A stretch of DNA of 64,000 bases from Octopus sinensis (lineage: Eukaryota): contig NW_021832222.1 of NCBI RefSeq assembly GCF_006345805.1, forward strand, positions 62,001 through 126,000, read 5' to 3'. Numbering within the stretch: position 1 is the first letter of the stretch; the number at the start of each line of letters is the position of its first letter. The position numbers and the translations under genes are program-made. Below are positions 22,785 through 36,052 of the stretch, one piece after another. The notes under the pieces are model-generated. The model was not told the origin of the DNA and did not search any database. It was given only the letters and a program-made list of their open reading frames with translations.

Positions 22785-25700
22785 TTAGGAATCCCTTGAA
22801 AAGGGACTTTTTTGATATACTTCTGCAAAATCTTCGGCGTTTTTTTTCAATGTAGTAAAATAATTATTATATTGTTGAAGCAATTTCCTTGCCTTCAATA
22901 AATTATCATTCAGTTCTTCATTTTCGAGTGTGATTCTTTTACTTTGTTTAGTTAATTCCTTTAAGAACTAAATCCGATTAAAGAAAACCTTATTTTCTTT
23001 TAGGAGAACTTCAATTCGTTCAGTCAACGACTCAATTTCTGATGTGTGTTTCTATCTATTTTCTCAAAATAAAAAAGTACCGTTTTAATCGAGTGCAATT
23101 CCATTTTGTATTTTGAAAGTTCCTCTTCCGTCTCTTTTTTTTGTAAAGCATACTCACCAATCTGCTTATATTATAAAAGTGACCACCTGAGTTTGATACT
23201 GTTCGAATTCCCTGGCTAATTTTTGAGATTCTCTGGTAAAATTTAAGATTGTAGAATTTTCAGAAGTGTTTGGTTTGGTTAATGTTGAATAAGGACTAAT
23301 ATTATGCTAATGAACTGACCTAAATGAATCTTTTGAAACATCTGTTCTTGACGCTGCCACCATAGGCTCTTTTAAAAGTGTTTTGTAAAACTAAAAAAGT
23401 TAGATTATTTTATTTACTCGGTCAGCAGAATGATCAGATGAAAAACCAAGACCGAACTTAGTTCCGTGAATTAGGTCTGGCCACTGAAAAAATTTTGCAG
23501 AGGTTCTGTTGAGTTTGGAATACCCGGGAATCACACTGCTCAACAACTTGAAGATTAAATAATAGTTTTCACACGCTTGTTGAATCTGAGAAGATTAGTC
23601 GTATTCCATTAGAATCAGAACATATTTCAATATTCACAGCTTTTTTATCAAAAAGTGGAACCCATTTGTTATGAGTTTCCTCATCAATTTGGAATAAATG
23701 CCCACAAATATCACTCATTTACTTAGCCGTTTAAATTGCGGTGATATATTCGATTTATTAAAGCTATCAATTGACGCCGCCAAATAACCGCATAGTCGCA
23801 ATAAAGAAAGAATTCAAATTTATTGATCGACATCATTAATTAATAGTCGTTGTCTTAAATGGGCTATTTCGATTAATCCAGCATTTTCAGCGTTGAATCG
23901 ATCTCGATGGAGTGAGACTAAAAGTTGGAGATATTAAAGATTACAGCTGTTCAATAATTTTTCAATTGAAATTTCCTCGTTGTTCCACTTTGTTTCAGTG
24001 CTTAGGATAACCTGAGGAGGTTCTTCGGATTCCCGACTAAATGATTATAGGGACTTTAAATACATTTGTTCTTCCTTTTCTATTCGATTTTTTTCCTTTT
24101 TCTTTAAAATTATTTATCAAAAGAACAGTACATTATAATCGATGACTGCCTGTGGATTTCTGACAAAAGTCGGATATTTTCCAATTGGGAGAGGACTAAA
24201 TGAGGCAAATGCTGTGCGTGGGTGAATGTCTGATGGGGTAATATCGTTTATTTTGTAAGCTTCTGATAATACACGTTCAACATTAAGGGGGTTGAGTTTT
24301 CGGAAATAGTTCTATACATATAACAAATCATCCTCTACCAAGAAATCTTCTTGAGAGTATATATTTAGAAGGGCTCGACGACTGCATGTGCAATATGAAA
24401 CCACGCAAAATAGTAAGAAATATGGATCATGGCTGACCAAGTGATCAAAGAATTGAAGCCACTGGTCGCTAGGAAAAACTTCGGTAAAAAATGACTTGAG
24501 CAAAGACCATGCATATATCTATTTTTGGTATATATTTGTTAACTTCCGTTGTAACGTTATTCCAAACTAAATGCTGGATGAGTTCTTTGTCGTAGAACAT
24601 AAGAATGTTTTCAATCATTACTAGCACGTTTAGTGGTGGTCCGGGCATGAAATCAAACCAACATGAACACCAATTAACTAAATTGACTTGTGATAATTAC
24701 CGAGAACTGTAGCGACCGCTTCAAAGCAGGTCATATGGTTGTTTTGGAAAACAGTTACAAATGGAAAAGCAATCTGAGCAGTAAACCCCGATTCAGCGGC
24801 AATGGGAGACCAATATGACAAAGCAGACATAACTCTAGAAATAGAGAGGAGTAATATTTACTTTTTAAACACACGTAAAAGCTTTCTGTTCTTTATAGGA
24901 AAGTCTTTCTCTACGTTTCTATAAGTTGGGTGAACTCCTTTTTCAGTCAGTTGTGAATAGTTTGAATAGTTTTCTGGAAGAGAAAGAAGTTTCCTCCATA
25001 TAAAGAGTCTGTATTTGTTTGGGAATACATTATAGGCTTTGAGTAGGAGTCTTAATTCAGAGCGGCTAACTTTCTCACCCGAGTTGTGGACAATTTTGGG
25101 CTTTTTTACGCGTTTTAATGCAATTCCTTGTGTGGGAACGAAACTTAACAACTTTAAATATTAATAATTAAAGAAATACTTTTTTTATTTTTGAAATTGT
25201 GTTTTTCCAACTGAAAATCAGTGCCGAACCGTTTTCAGAAATAACGCTGCATAACTGACTGTTGCCAGTTAAAGAGTTTGACTCTAGATTGACTCCAAAA
25301 AAGTTTTTTGTTTCAGTTATTTCAAAATTTTCTGCATTTAATATACTTAGTTCATCTCCTGCTTTCCAGATAAGCAAAATCTAATCGAAATAGCTTATCA
25401 TTTAGTTACTTGAGAAGTGATTCCATTTAGTTTAAATTCTAAAAAGTGAATATCGATAATTGCGTTTGAAGTATTTGAATAAGTATACATCAATTCATAT
25501 GATTTTAGAGAAAATAAATAAACTATTGCCGATCTGCCAGATATAGCCAACATCTGTGAATTTCTGAAGATAGGTTTATTTATGATTTTACTTTGATATT
25601 GTGAAATGTTTGTAACCTGTTTCTAATATATTTTCTGTGGGTAAACTAAACAGTTTCCTGCCATCTCTGGCTCCCAAACCATAAATAGAATTGTCACGAT

Positions 25701-26331
25701 AAACAACGAGAAGAACATAACTATCGGCAGTGAAAAGAATCTGAAATGATATAATAATTCGAATACTTCGGCTAAACCAATATCATTCTCGATCGAAAGT
25801 TTTCTTGAATTAGATAAATTGGTCAAATCCAAAATGCAAGCTGAATCGATGGAGGTGGTGACAGCAAACAATCCAGAAACGTGGATTTGAATAGAAATAA
25901 CAGCTGTTTTGTGGCTTTTAAAAGAAGCAATTTCTTGTTCAGTTAGAGTGTTTATTATTTTTAGACTTTTATCTACACAACCAACTATAATTAGATTTTT
26001 TTCAATGTTCAGTGCGCTGCATTTGCTTGTAAGTTTGGTTATATGTCGGTAACTAGATTGTGAATATTTAAATATGTCGAACCTGTTGCCAGAAATATCA
26101 AATATGTATAAATTTTCCCCAGAATCAACTCCTACGAGCGTATTAGAAAGCCGGTCAAACGCAATTTTGCGAAATAAATAATGTTTTCTGGTTTTATTTC
26201 CATTTGAAATAATTTCTACCAAACAGCTAATCACTGCTAGGATGTTATATACTTGTATTTTGTTGAGGGATGAGGTTTACTGTCCCATATCTTTCCTTTT
26301 TATTTTTTCCTACGTTACACAGTCGAATCAT
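22785..26331 (-). CDS. TBC1D31: WD40 + TBC domain protein TBC1D31 (WDR67); start approximate
   Basis: GKIWDSKPHP, N-terminal WD40 (YIFDISGNRF, SHKTAVISIQIHVSG), TBC block LLLKAYNVFPNKYRLFIWRKLLSLPEN...FPIKNRKLLRVF, LSALSYWSPIA, CSCWFDFMPGPP; C-terminal coiled coil ending KSPFSRDS*. Confidence 0.9.
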
Positions 26332-26430
26332 AATAAATGTCGCTAAGCAATTTACTTTTAATTATAAATAAGAATTTTTATGTTTTAAAAAACAGCAAAG
26401 GCAATTTCTATAATGAAATTGAATTCAAAT
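26332..26430. promoter_or_regulatory. Putative very short bidirectional promoter between TBC1D31 and UBR1
   Basis: Head-to-head genes whose earliest recognisable coding sequences are only ~100-130 bp apart; AT-rich spacer. No specific motif identified. Confidence 0.45.
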
Positions 26431-29400
26431 ATATGAAAAATCCTAGAAATATAACAAATGGATTTCGAGAATATTGAATTATATAAAATTTAGTATTTCG
26501 GTAGTATTAGAGATCCAGGGAGTTATGTGACGAACTCAACCAAGTAAAAAATCATTCTCTTTAAAATAAGAATAAAAAAATCTTCATTTATTTAAAAATA
26601 TTATACAAAATAAATTGTAGTTAGCTGTGGTGTCCTTCTGTTTGACAATGCATGACCTATATTTTTCAAATCAGATCCAGGAAATAATAAAAGACATCAA
26701 AATTAAAGAAATATTAAATCAATACCACGAAATACTTAATGATGAATCCAAATCAAAAATCATCGAACCTCTTTTTGAATCAATAATCAAACAGCACGGT
26801 CAACTACCATTCCGTGAAAAACACGGATTTTGTAGCCAAATTTTCAACAACGGAGAACTTTTTTTTATTTGCAAGTAACTATAATATTGACTTATCTCAG
26901 TGACTGTGCGAATGACCCCACATGTGTGTGGTGCTACGAATGTTTTGTTAAGAGTGAACATATAAATCATCGTTATCAAGTTTTATTTATATTTTTATCA
27001 AGTTTTGTGTGAGTGGAGGATCAGGTTCGTGTGATTGCGGTGACGTGGAAGCATGGAAACAATTCCCAACTTGTTCTTTACATTCTTCCTCCCAGTGTGA
27101 TTTCCCAGTTATTGAACTTTAAATATTAATAGGAGTCTTCTCCCATCATTTCAACTCTCGGTCAAGTTTTTTTGGATATTTTGAGGACTACTGCCATCAG
27201 TATCTTCAATGTTCCACTCTTTTTTGAGTCACTTTCTCCTTTTTTGAGAGAAATTCTTCTCCCTGAAGACTACGTCCTTTGTTTACTGAATGATGAACTT
27301 CACAATTTTTCTGAAGTGCTTTACGGTTGAGTTGATTTGTATAGGCATGTGAATCCATAATGACTGGAATTCACTGCAATTCACGCCAAGCGGATCACAT
27401 TGCTTTGAATGTAGACAAGCGAGTTATCTACGACTATGACTTGTAGGGACGAGATGTACTTTTTCAAGGAATAGAGTCAACATGTTTAAAGATTGGGCAG
27501 ACTATCACAGTATTGGCCTGGTTTGATTGTTTTAGACACATTCACGGAATTTAAACGGGTCTATGCGGACTGAGGTCATCCATGGAGTCGTTTTTATGTT
27601 CCAGGAAATAGCTCTTGCAACACTAATTCATTTTCTGGAATATTTGGAGAAATATGGTGATTTGTGGATGATTAAACCACGTAGGCTATTTGGAGCAATT
27701 TTGTCAGAGTTTGGTCCTCAGAAATGACACAATCGAATATTTTATTCGTCCACTGTTAGAACAGAACACCCGACTGTGGACAGACGCCAGAACTACATTT
27801 CATAAAATATTATTTCTGGCTATCAGACTCAACACTCCCAACAAATTGGAGTTTGCTCGCCTATACACTCAGGTTACGTAATAATTATGAGAGTTCTAGT
27901 TATATCCAAAGATTTTCAAATGGTACATACTTGAAGAAGGGGAGGAGGAGAATTCGATTATCCACGAGACTGTCCAGTTCTATACAGTCCCCTCCGTTGT
28001 CAAAACTCTCATTGTGGAGACTGATTTGTTGCAAATTCTATTCCGAACTGCAATCGAGAATGTCCGTTCTTTGACATTCAGTATATATTACATATTTTAC
28101 CACTATAGATAATTATATAAGGAATCCTCCCCGTTTTTATATAGTTCCCGACATTGAGTTGGACGTCGAGTCCTATAACGAATTTCCACTCAAAACGAAC
28201 AGAATTTTATATTCAATCAAGCCAATCAAGTTGTTGTGCATAAAATTAGTCCGAGTTATGTTCTTGGAGTATTGAATGACAAAAATAACTTTGGAGATGT
28301 CTTTAAGAGAAAAATATTGAATGCCTTCGAAGAATTTCTCGACTTGGCCACAATTTTTCAGGTTTGTTTGATTGGGAGACATTTCAGCACATCAACGCGG
28401 TGAAGAAAAGCACGAGGGAACATGTCATTCGAGAACACTCGTGGAGAGAGGCCTTCATTATGAATTTCAATCTTTACGGGATGTTTGATCGCTTTTTAAC
28501 CATTCTGCAAAATAATGTGTGTATTGATTCTGATTCCAAGACTGAAACTCTGATTGATGCTTTCTCCATACTTAAAACACGACTGGGGACGTATTTGACC
28601 AATCAGCCGTTCTTCCGTCGGAGTATGGTGACTGAATATTGTAAAATGAACTTTTGTTATAATAGTTGCTGGAAATCACGTGCATGTCTTGGATTATACA
28701 AACAGTAATGATGATTTGTCGTTCCATACTTCTCTTACTAATATGCTTCCCGTCTTTGTGCTTAGCCTTCAGGCGATTGACCGAACCGTCCACATTTTTG
28801 GGGAATGTGAAGTTTGTTATTTCCGGGAGTTGTAGAATGCACGAATGTTGACTCCAATGTTGGCGATGGAGCCATCACTTCAGTCAATTCTTCTGTATTT
28901 GGAAACCATGGCTGGCCTGTGGAAAATGAACGGACTGTCAATGACTTATCAAGTTAGTTGGACTACATAAACATAGGCCCAACACTACTACGCACATCCT
29001 CTGTCTCGGAATATGGGCAATTTGGACATTTTGATGTTACAACTCTGTGCTTCGTCAATTCCGTCCGACGATTTCCTCAGAATCTTGCTTGTCAAGTTCA
29101 AAGTGGCACGTTTTTTGAGGTTTTTGTAAAATTAATGGCAGTCCTAATCAAACTGACTTTCATGAGACATCTTCTTCGGGGGACCAACAGAGGGTGGAGT
29201 ACGCCTCCAATTTTATGCAGATTATAATCAGAGTGATATGTATATTTATGTCTAATTGTCGAGTGGAGAGATATGTCATTGGATTGGCAGAAGTGACCGA
29301 AAATGACGTAATGAAATATGAACTGATCAATGCCCTTGCCGCCAATATATCCAAATACAGTCAGATCTTTGACCGCTTTCAGGTTTAGTTGTTCCGTTTT

Positions 29401-32400
29401 TATGTCACAGACTGCAAAGAACATGAAAGAACATGATTTGGAAGATGTTCTTCACCAAGTGGCCAATGTGTGGTAATTTCTCATTTTTGACTGTTTTCAG
29501 TACGAAGGAGAAGCAGCAGCAGTACTACGAACTCAAAGACGAGTGCTGGGAGATGTACAACCCACATTGTTACAATTTGAATTCGATGGAGAGAAGCATT
29601 GTAGACACTTTTTTTGTATCACTAGGCTCATGACCGATGTCTGAAAATTGCTAAAAGCATAGGAACTACATTTGGTAATGTCACTGTATTTATCAATAGG
29701 GTCCTTTTTCCCAGCAAGGGTGCCTAAATTTGTGGGATATTTTAAAAACGTTTCTGGGATTCTGACAAGCAATGTGTTGATTACAATGTTAGAACAGGAA
29801 TTATCACTATTGGGGACATCCATTGCCTCTGAATCACTCTTAGAATCTGTATATAGTCGATTATCTCACAGTAGTTGTTATACCTTGTTGGCATTAGTCT
29901 GATTGACAAACAGTGTTCTCCGAATGTGTCTTTTTTGACATCCATTCTCAGTCCAGTCGGGCATTATTTCGAAAGTTTCCACGAAGAAGTGTCGGGGCTT
30001 TATTCTTATATTATGAATGTTGTGTGCTCGTCTAATGCCTAGGAATTAAAGAGAATAACAGGGGCTGACACATCCAGTTGTATTAATACTAAAAAGTCGA
30101 ACATTGATAACAAAAATCGAAACAAAAAACGGAAAATTGATAAATTAAGAGAACGGGAAATGGATTTGATGAAGAATCGGCGGAAAAAGGCGATTGAACT
30201 CATGAAGGAAATGCTTGTGGAAGGGTTCTCTCTCATTTCTGACATTAGCAGAGAAGGGGAGGTCGAGGCAGAGGAGATCACGGCAGAATATACGGGGGAT
30301 GAGCGAATTTGCGTGCTCTGCAAAAACATTTGTCAGCCAACCATATTATCGACCGAAAGATATATAGTCATGCCAGTGTTTATACAAAAGTTACTTTTTA
30401 CTGATACTGACTCGTCAGATCGACAGTCCTCCATCAGCGTCCGGGGGATACTTCGAATGAAAATAGGGATTATATGCCTTGGGATTTACCCATGGGAGTA
30501 TTTGTCTCCACGTGCGGACATGTACTCCACGTGGACTGTTTCAAACTTTATCAAAATTTGAACGAAAACTCACATGTGGACAATCTATACTACATTTGCC
30601 CACTCTGCAGTCGTCCTGGACTTGCCACAATTCCAATACTGCCCTCCTTTGTTTCAACACCCTCGTTGGGGTATTATAGTGGTGAGGGATTGTAGATTCC
30701 ACTACAACGTGGAATTGGAGTTTTCCGATTGGTTGGCTAATCTGGTCAAGTCGATGAGGTCATCCCTCAGACAATACTTTGATGACGCGAAAGACCCTGA
30801 AGGTGGTGGCATAATGTGTATTTGAAGCATTGTTTGATATATTTGACCCATGTCCTATCACCACAGCCACTAAGCAAATGGCCAAGAGTGTAAGTCGTAA
30901 TTTCCAGACATTTTACAACTACGTCGCCAGTGCAGCCGGGGCCACCATATCAACTGAGATTGTGGAGAATATTAAAAGTTTTTTCCACAGTGTTACTCGG
31001 GTTGATTAAATATATTGAATCTTGTAGTTATTTGCCGATTCAGACGAGTCTCTCTTTATTATTCCTTCATACAGCTGGGAAACGATAGCCTATACCATCC
31101 GTTCATTCGGTAGTGGAAATTGTTTAATCAGCAGAGAATTTGATGACATTTGATGGAAACTCATTGGCGAACAGTGCGGAGTTGTACTGGAGGGACTATG
31201 ACTGTATCAGTGTCACCATGAAGGCACACAGTGCTCTCCTCACTGTTATTCCAGAAGAACTCGTTGAGAAATATTCTGTCAAATTCCTTGCATGTATTTA
31301 TTCTAGTTATTCACAGTTTTGTTGGCACATGGGGATTTTACTGAACACAAGACGACATCAATACTGGATGTGGATGCATTTCATTTCCTAGTGAGTGTGG
31401 CCTTGTCTGTCTCCGCCGTGTCGTCCTTTGATGTTAATCTTACCAATCATGTTTTCCAATTTATTTACATATTCCACTTGATTCAACTGTTCCTCACTAG
31501 CCGTAATTGGTTTGTAATAACTTTAAGGCCCTGTGGAAATTAGTGAAGGTGATTTATCAGATGAGACCTGTTTTCATCAAATTATGGGAGTTATTGGGTC
31601 TTCGTTGGGGTTAGTGGCCACTTTCATGCTAGTCTCACATATAAACGATCTTTCGACGTGCAAAAGTTTGAGGAATATTTGAGTGAGGCATCCTTCAGTT
31701 TTGTGAGGTGTTCTATCATATTCTTCACGTTACTTGGAGATAAACCTCCTTCGTCCTTCAAATCTGGTTTATTGTCGACTAATAATCTAAGCCAATTTGT
31801 TTACGACTGTGGACATGATGAATTACTGTCTGGGTTCGTCCTATGTCTCAATTATGGACTTTCTGGAATCTTGTCTCTCTACTGTACTCAGACTGACTAG
31901 AAGGTGGTGTTTGTTTTTCATATTTCCAGTTGGTGTCGCCCACATATTTTGGCTCAGCAGATGCCTTATCTGTCATGTCCACGATATCCCTTATCTATTC
32001 GTACATTGGTCCCTTTGCAGCATTCATTTGCTGATCTATACCACACTTGCTACCAGAAAAGGTTTGATAGAGTTGACTAATAGTTTGATGTCTTCATGAT
32101 GATTCATTTAACTCGAAAAGGGTGTATTTGCCCGGAATATGTTTGACATGTGGGGAGTACACTTGTCTCTCCTGCAATCAGGCATCCACTTCGTTGGCAA
32201 ATCACTCGTCCGGTTGCTTTTGCTATGATTATCTCATAATATTTGAGTTGGTGTATATTTGGTTATGTCGTATAGTGTTCAAAACTGTGTCATCATTCTT
32301 GTTGGAAACGCAAAACGGAACTTTGTTGAACACTCTTTATATTTGGATAAGTATGGGGAAGATGATATTGGATTATTGTACTTTTATTATTATATATTTC

Positions 32401-32517
32401 AGGCACAGAAATGTTCTCACCTTTTCTACTTACCTTCATATTAAATTCACTCGTTTTTGGTTAAGTCATTCAATTGTTACAGATTTTGCTCATTGGAAAT
32501 CTAATCGAATAACCTAA
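26430..32517 (+). CDS. UBR1: N-end rule E3 ubiquitin ligase UBR1/UBR2-like; start approximate
   Basis: UBR box CSQIFNNGELFFIC..CANDPTCVWC..CF...GSCDCGDVEAWK; ClpS-like LLNDELHNF; RING STCGHVLHVDCF...ICPLC; C-terminal CLTCG...HSSGC and LYLDKYGEDDIGL; many 22-30-nt introns. Confidence 0.92.
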
Positions 32518-33899
32518 ATTCTTATTTTTCATTCAAATTTTCTTAAAATTTTCAACTCCATATGTACTAGATTAGCAAGGCAGTATCTTAAATTAACGAT
32601 TTTTTTGATTTTAAGCAATATTTTTAAAAATTATATACACGAATATATTTTAATCTGTGTTTATGTACGATATCGAGCCCATGAACTATGTTTTTCGTTC
32701 AAATATCAAAGTCTCAAACGTCAGAAAACTAACGATTTTTTATATACCAAAAGAACGAATCATGACAGCATTGTTTTCTACTAGCAAGCTGATTTAACGT
32801 ATGAAAGGGTAAAACAAGGAACTTAAAAAGAGCCAAAGAATTAATTAATTTTTTTAATTTCATAAATAGAATTCAAAATTATAAGAATCTGTACTAATAC
32901 ATTTTAAAATTATTAAAGTATTTTACCTTTGGTGGTGCATGCGATTCAAACTTACTGGTTATGTTATGTATTATAATAATATATCAAAAATTGGATCCAT
33001 CAAATGGTAAAAATTCCAAAAATTAATACAAGCTTAGAAACCAGTACATTGTATAAATTTTTCCATACCCACCTCGAGTTTTCTCTTTAAGTAAACCTCT
33101 AATAGTCGAATAAAACGAGTTAGACAAGGAGACATAGTCTCATTCAACGTGTCCACACATAAAAATGTTTTATATGCCTCAAATATTCGAGTAGAAAGAA
33201 CATCAGAAAGTTTCAATACACCGGTAATTTTTTATTTGATTTTTAGACACAAAAAGAGTCAAATTTGTACTACAATTCAACACATCCTTCAAAAGTAGTA
33301 AAAAACAATATTTATAATTAAGAAAGTAATTTTGGACAAATGTAATTACTTGAATGAATATAAATCTGATGAACTGTTTTTACTTACAAAATTTTATTTT
33401 TAGTAAAGAAGACTTGGATTGTCAAACACGTGATTTTTTTGGAGCAGGTTTGTGGGAAAATGAAAGAGTTGTTCTTGTTAAAGTTCAGTTTTACTTTATT
33501 AATATATTAATAGAGACATAGATCTACAAAAGATGACGATTTACTATGAATTTAATCTTAAATCATATTTTTAGTAAAATATTTGTTTTTTCGTTTTTAA
33601 TTAGCTAACAAAAATGTGAATAAATTAATCATACAGGTTGTTGCATCCTGCTAATGATAAATGAGACTGCGACAAAGCAAAGGTCGTTTTGGGCCTGTCA
33701 AAAAGAATTATTCTCATTTTATTTGCAAAATTACTTTATTTGACATGTTTTAACAAAATTACTTTATTTGCGATGAGCTTGGTTGTATTTTTTTATCTTG
33801 AGTAAAGATGTTGTACTTGTTCTTTTGTATTAGATCTGTCGTATTCAGTATTAGGGTTACTGGATTTGGAGCTTATTGGTCTTTTGAGCTCGGATATGA

Positions 33900-35960
33900 A
33901 AATTATTTAGATAGTTTGATAAAATTTTTTGGAGATTTTTCGACATAATAATTTCGATTTTCCCATCAGGAACGCGAAAGACACGACAAGTAACAACATT
34001 TCGTGATCCCGACATGCGCGAGGAGACTCCTCACGAGACACTCCAATACATTTGTCTTCCTTTCGCATTTTGTTAGACGTTGTCCACGTGTGGAGAAAAG
34101 CACATGTGCGCATCAAACGTAACTCCTAGGATTTTCTGAGTCCGACAAAAACGGAATTTCGTGATTGTCGAGGTTAAGAACCACTGACTTCTTCCCAAGT
34201 CTTTTGTCTAAGGTGAAGAGGGAGATGCTGACTTTTCTTGGCAAGTTGATTCAACCAAGTTCATCGAAAATAATAATATCAAAATATTATTTTCGTTAAC
34301 TGGTAGAGGCAGGTCAGCAGTAAAAAGGTTGAACAGAGCGGGGTGATAGCGGGTAACTTTGCGGAACTCCGTTTATTGGAGGAGTGATCTTGAATTTGAT
34401 TGTCCAGTGAAAACACGGCCTCTCCGACCACTGAGAAAGTTTGATATCCACAGTTTAAGTTTGGCTGGGATTTTTGCTATAAATATCTTCTGAATAAGAA
34501 TTTTTCTCGACACTGAATCGAAGCTTTTTTTAGGTCAATAGTACAGAGAACGGTCTTTTGGTGAGTGTGCTTTTGTGAGAATCCTTGCTAAATAAAGCTA
34601 GTCAAACTGGATAAGTGTGTCAGAGTGGATCTTCCTTCTCAGGCTTGTCAGGGAGATAGCCCTTGATCTTCCAGAGAACAAGTTTTTCCAGGACCTTCAC
34701 ATGGAGTGATTATGGCAACTGGTCTGTAGAAGCTCAATTCCTTTTTCGGTTTTCCCGATTTGAGGAATGAGTGTAGATGGGTCATTTTCTACAGAGAAAG
34801 AATACGGTTTGTGTTGATAGAATGATTGTAAATTTTGGAAATTGCAGCAATATTATGGTTTCCGATGTTCTTTAAAAGAATCATTGGGATTTCATTAGGT
34901 CCGCTTGAGAGTGTTGACTTGATTGACTTTAATACATTCAACACATCTTTAATTGGTTTCTGCCTTTTTGTTTTTTTCGAGATTGACAGACCTTTGGTAG
35001 TCGTTGTGCAAATTTTTACGTAGAACTTTGTTGAGATTTTTTCGTTGTGGTCATCCTCCGAGGGCTTATTCTCAGCACAGGCCGTTTCCCGGTGGCCTTC
35101 CAAATTGATAGAGTCTAACTGTTTCTGTTTGTAGAGAAAAACACCCGGGACCATTGGACATAGAGCTCCTTGCTTCTTATTTGCTCGTTCAAGGCCTTCA
35201 ATCGGATCATGATCTTAAAGTTGATTTGACATGTTTTTTGAGTTGGGTTTTTTTAGGCGTGCTTTGCCAACTCTTCTCGAGAATGTTTTGTGATGTTTTA
35301 GAACAGACATAGAATGAGCGACCGAGATAGAACTGTTGACATAAACAATTATTTTGTCCAGAGGATTGTAATTGTCTACAAAAAATTCTGAAAGTATTAT
35401 CAGTAAGCTTTTGGTAAATAATCAAATCCGTGTGTTTGTAATTGATTAAACATTCTTTTGGGGAACAGTTCTTCTTAATTCTCTAATAATAGGATTGTGG
35501 TCACTGCTGGAATTATACGATAAAGACCAGGATGTTATTGTAGACAGGGCGGGAGAGCAGAAGGTGATGTTGCCTTATCAGTTGCCCTGTATGGGGTTCT
35601 CGAATTTTTTGTACGGTCATTCAGGACCGTAAGGGAACCGATTTGCGAAAGTAGTTGCTTCCCGCTTGAGTCCGACGTTTATCTAGCAAACCAAAGGGGG
35701 TGCTTAGCATTCATATCTCCTCCAATGATCACGTCTTTTAGAGGAATGTGTAGGTACAATATAGGACTTTGGACAGGAGCTGGGCGATATTCAGATCAGC
35801 AAGCAAAGAACGGAGTTCCCTCTGACATTGTTAATGTTTAGTTGGAGTATTGTTATTTGTTATTTGCGATATTCTGAGGATTTCAATCTGGCCATCGATG
35901 GAAAGTTCCCCGATGTGTAGCCGACAAGCCGAAAAGGGGAAATTGTTTAAAAGCATAATT
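33900..35960 (-). mobile_element. Heavily decayed Vingi/I-group APE-RT non-LTR retrotransposon
   Basis: ILQLNIN (APE start, ~35840), TLSSGPNEIPMILLKNIG (RT start), QKILGVTFDAHMCFSPHVDNV (RT thumb, ~34070-34140); many stops and frameshifts. Confidence 0.7.
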
Positions 35961-36052
35961 AATATATTTGTATTATTTTTAAAAATTAAATAATTAGAAT
36001 TAAATTAATATTAAAAACAGCGTGAATATTCATAAAATCCATAGGAATTAAC

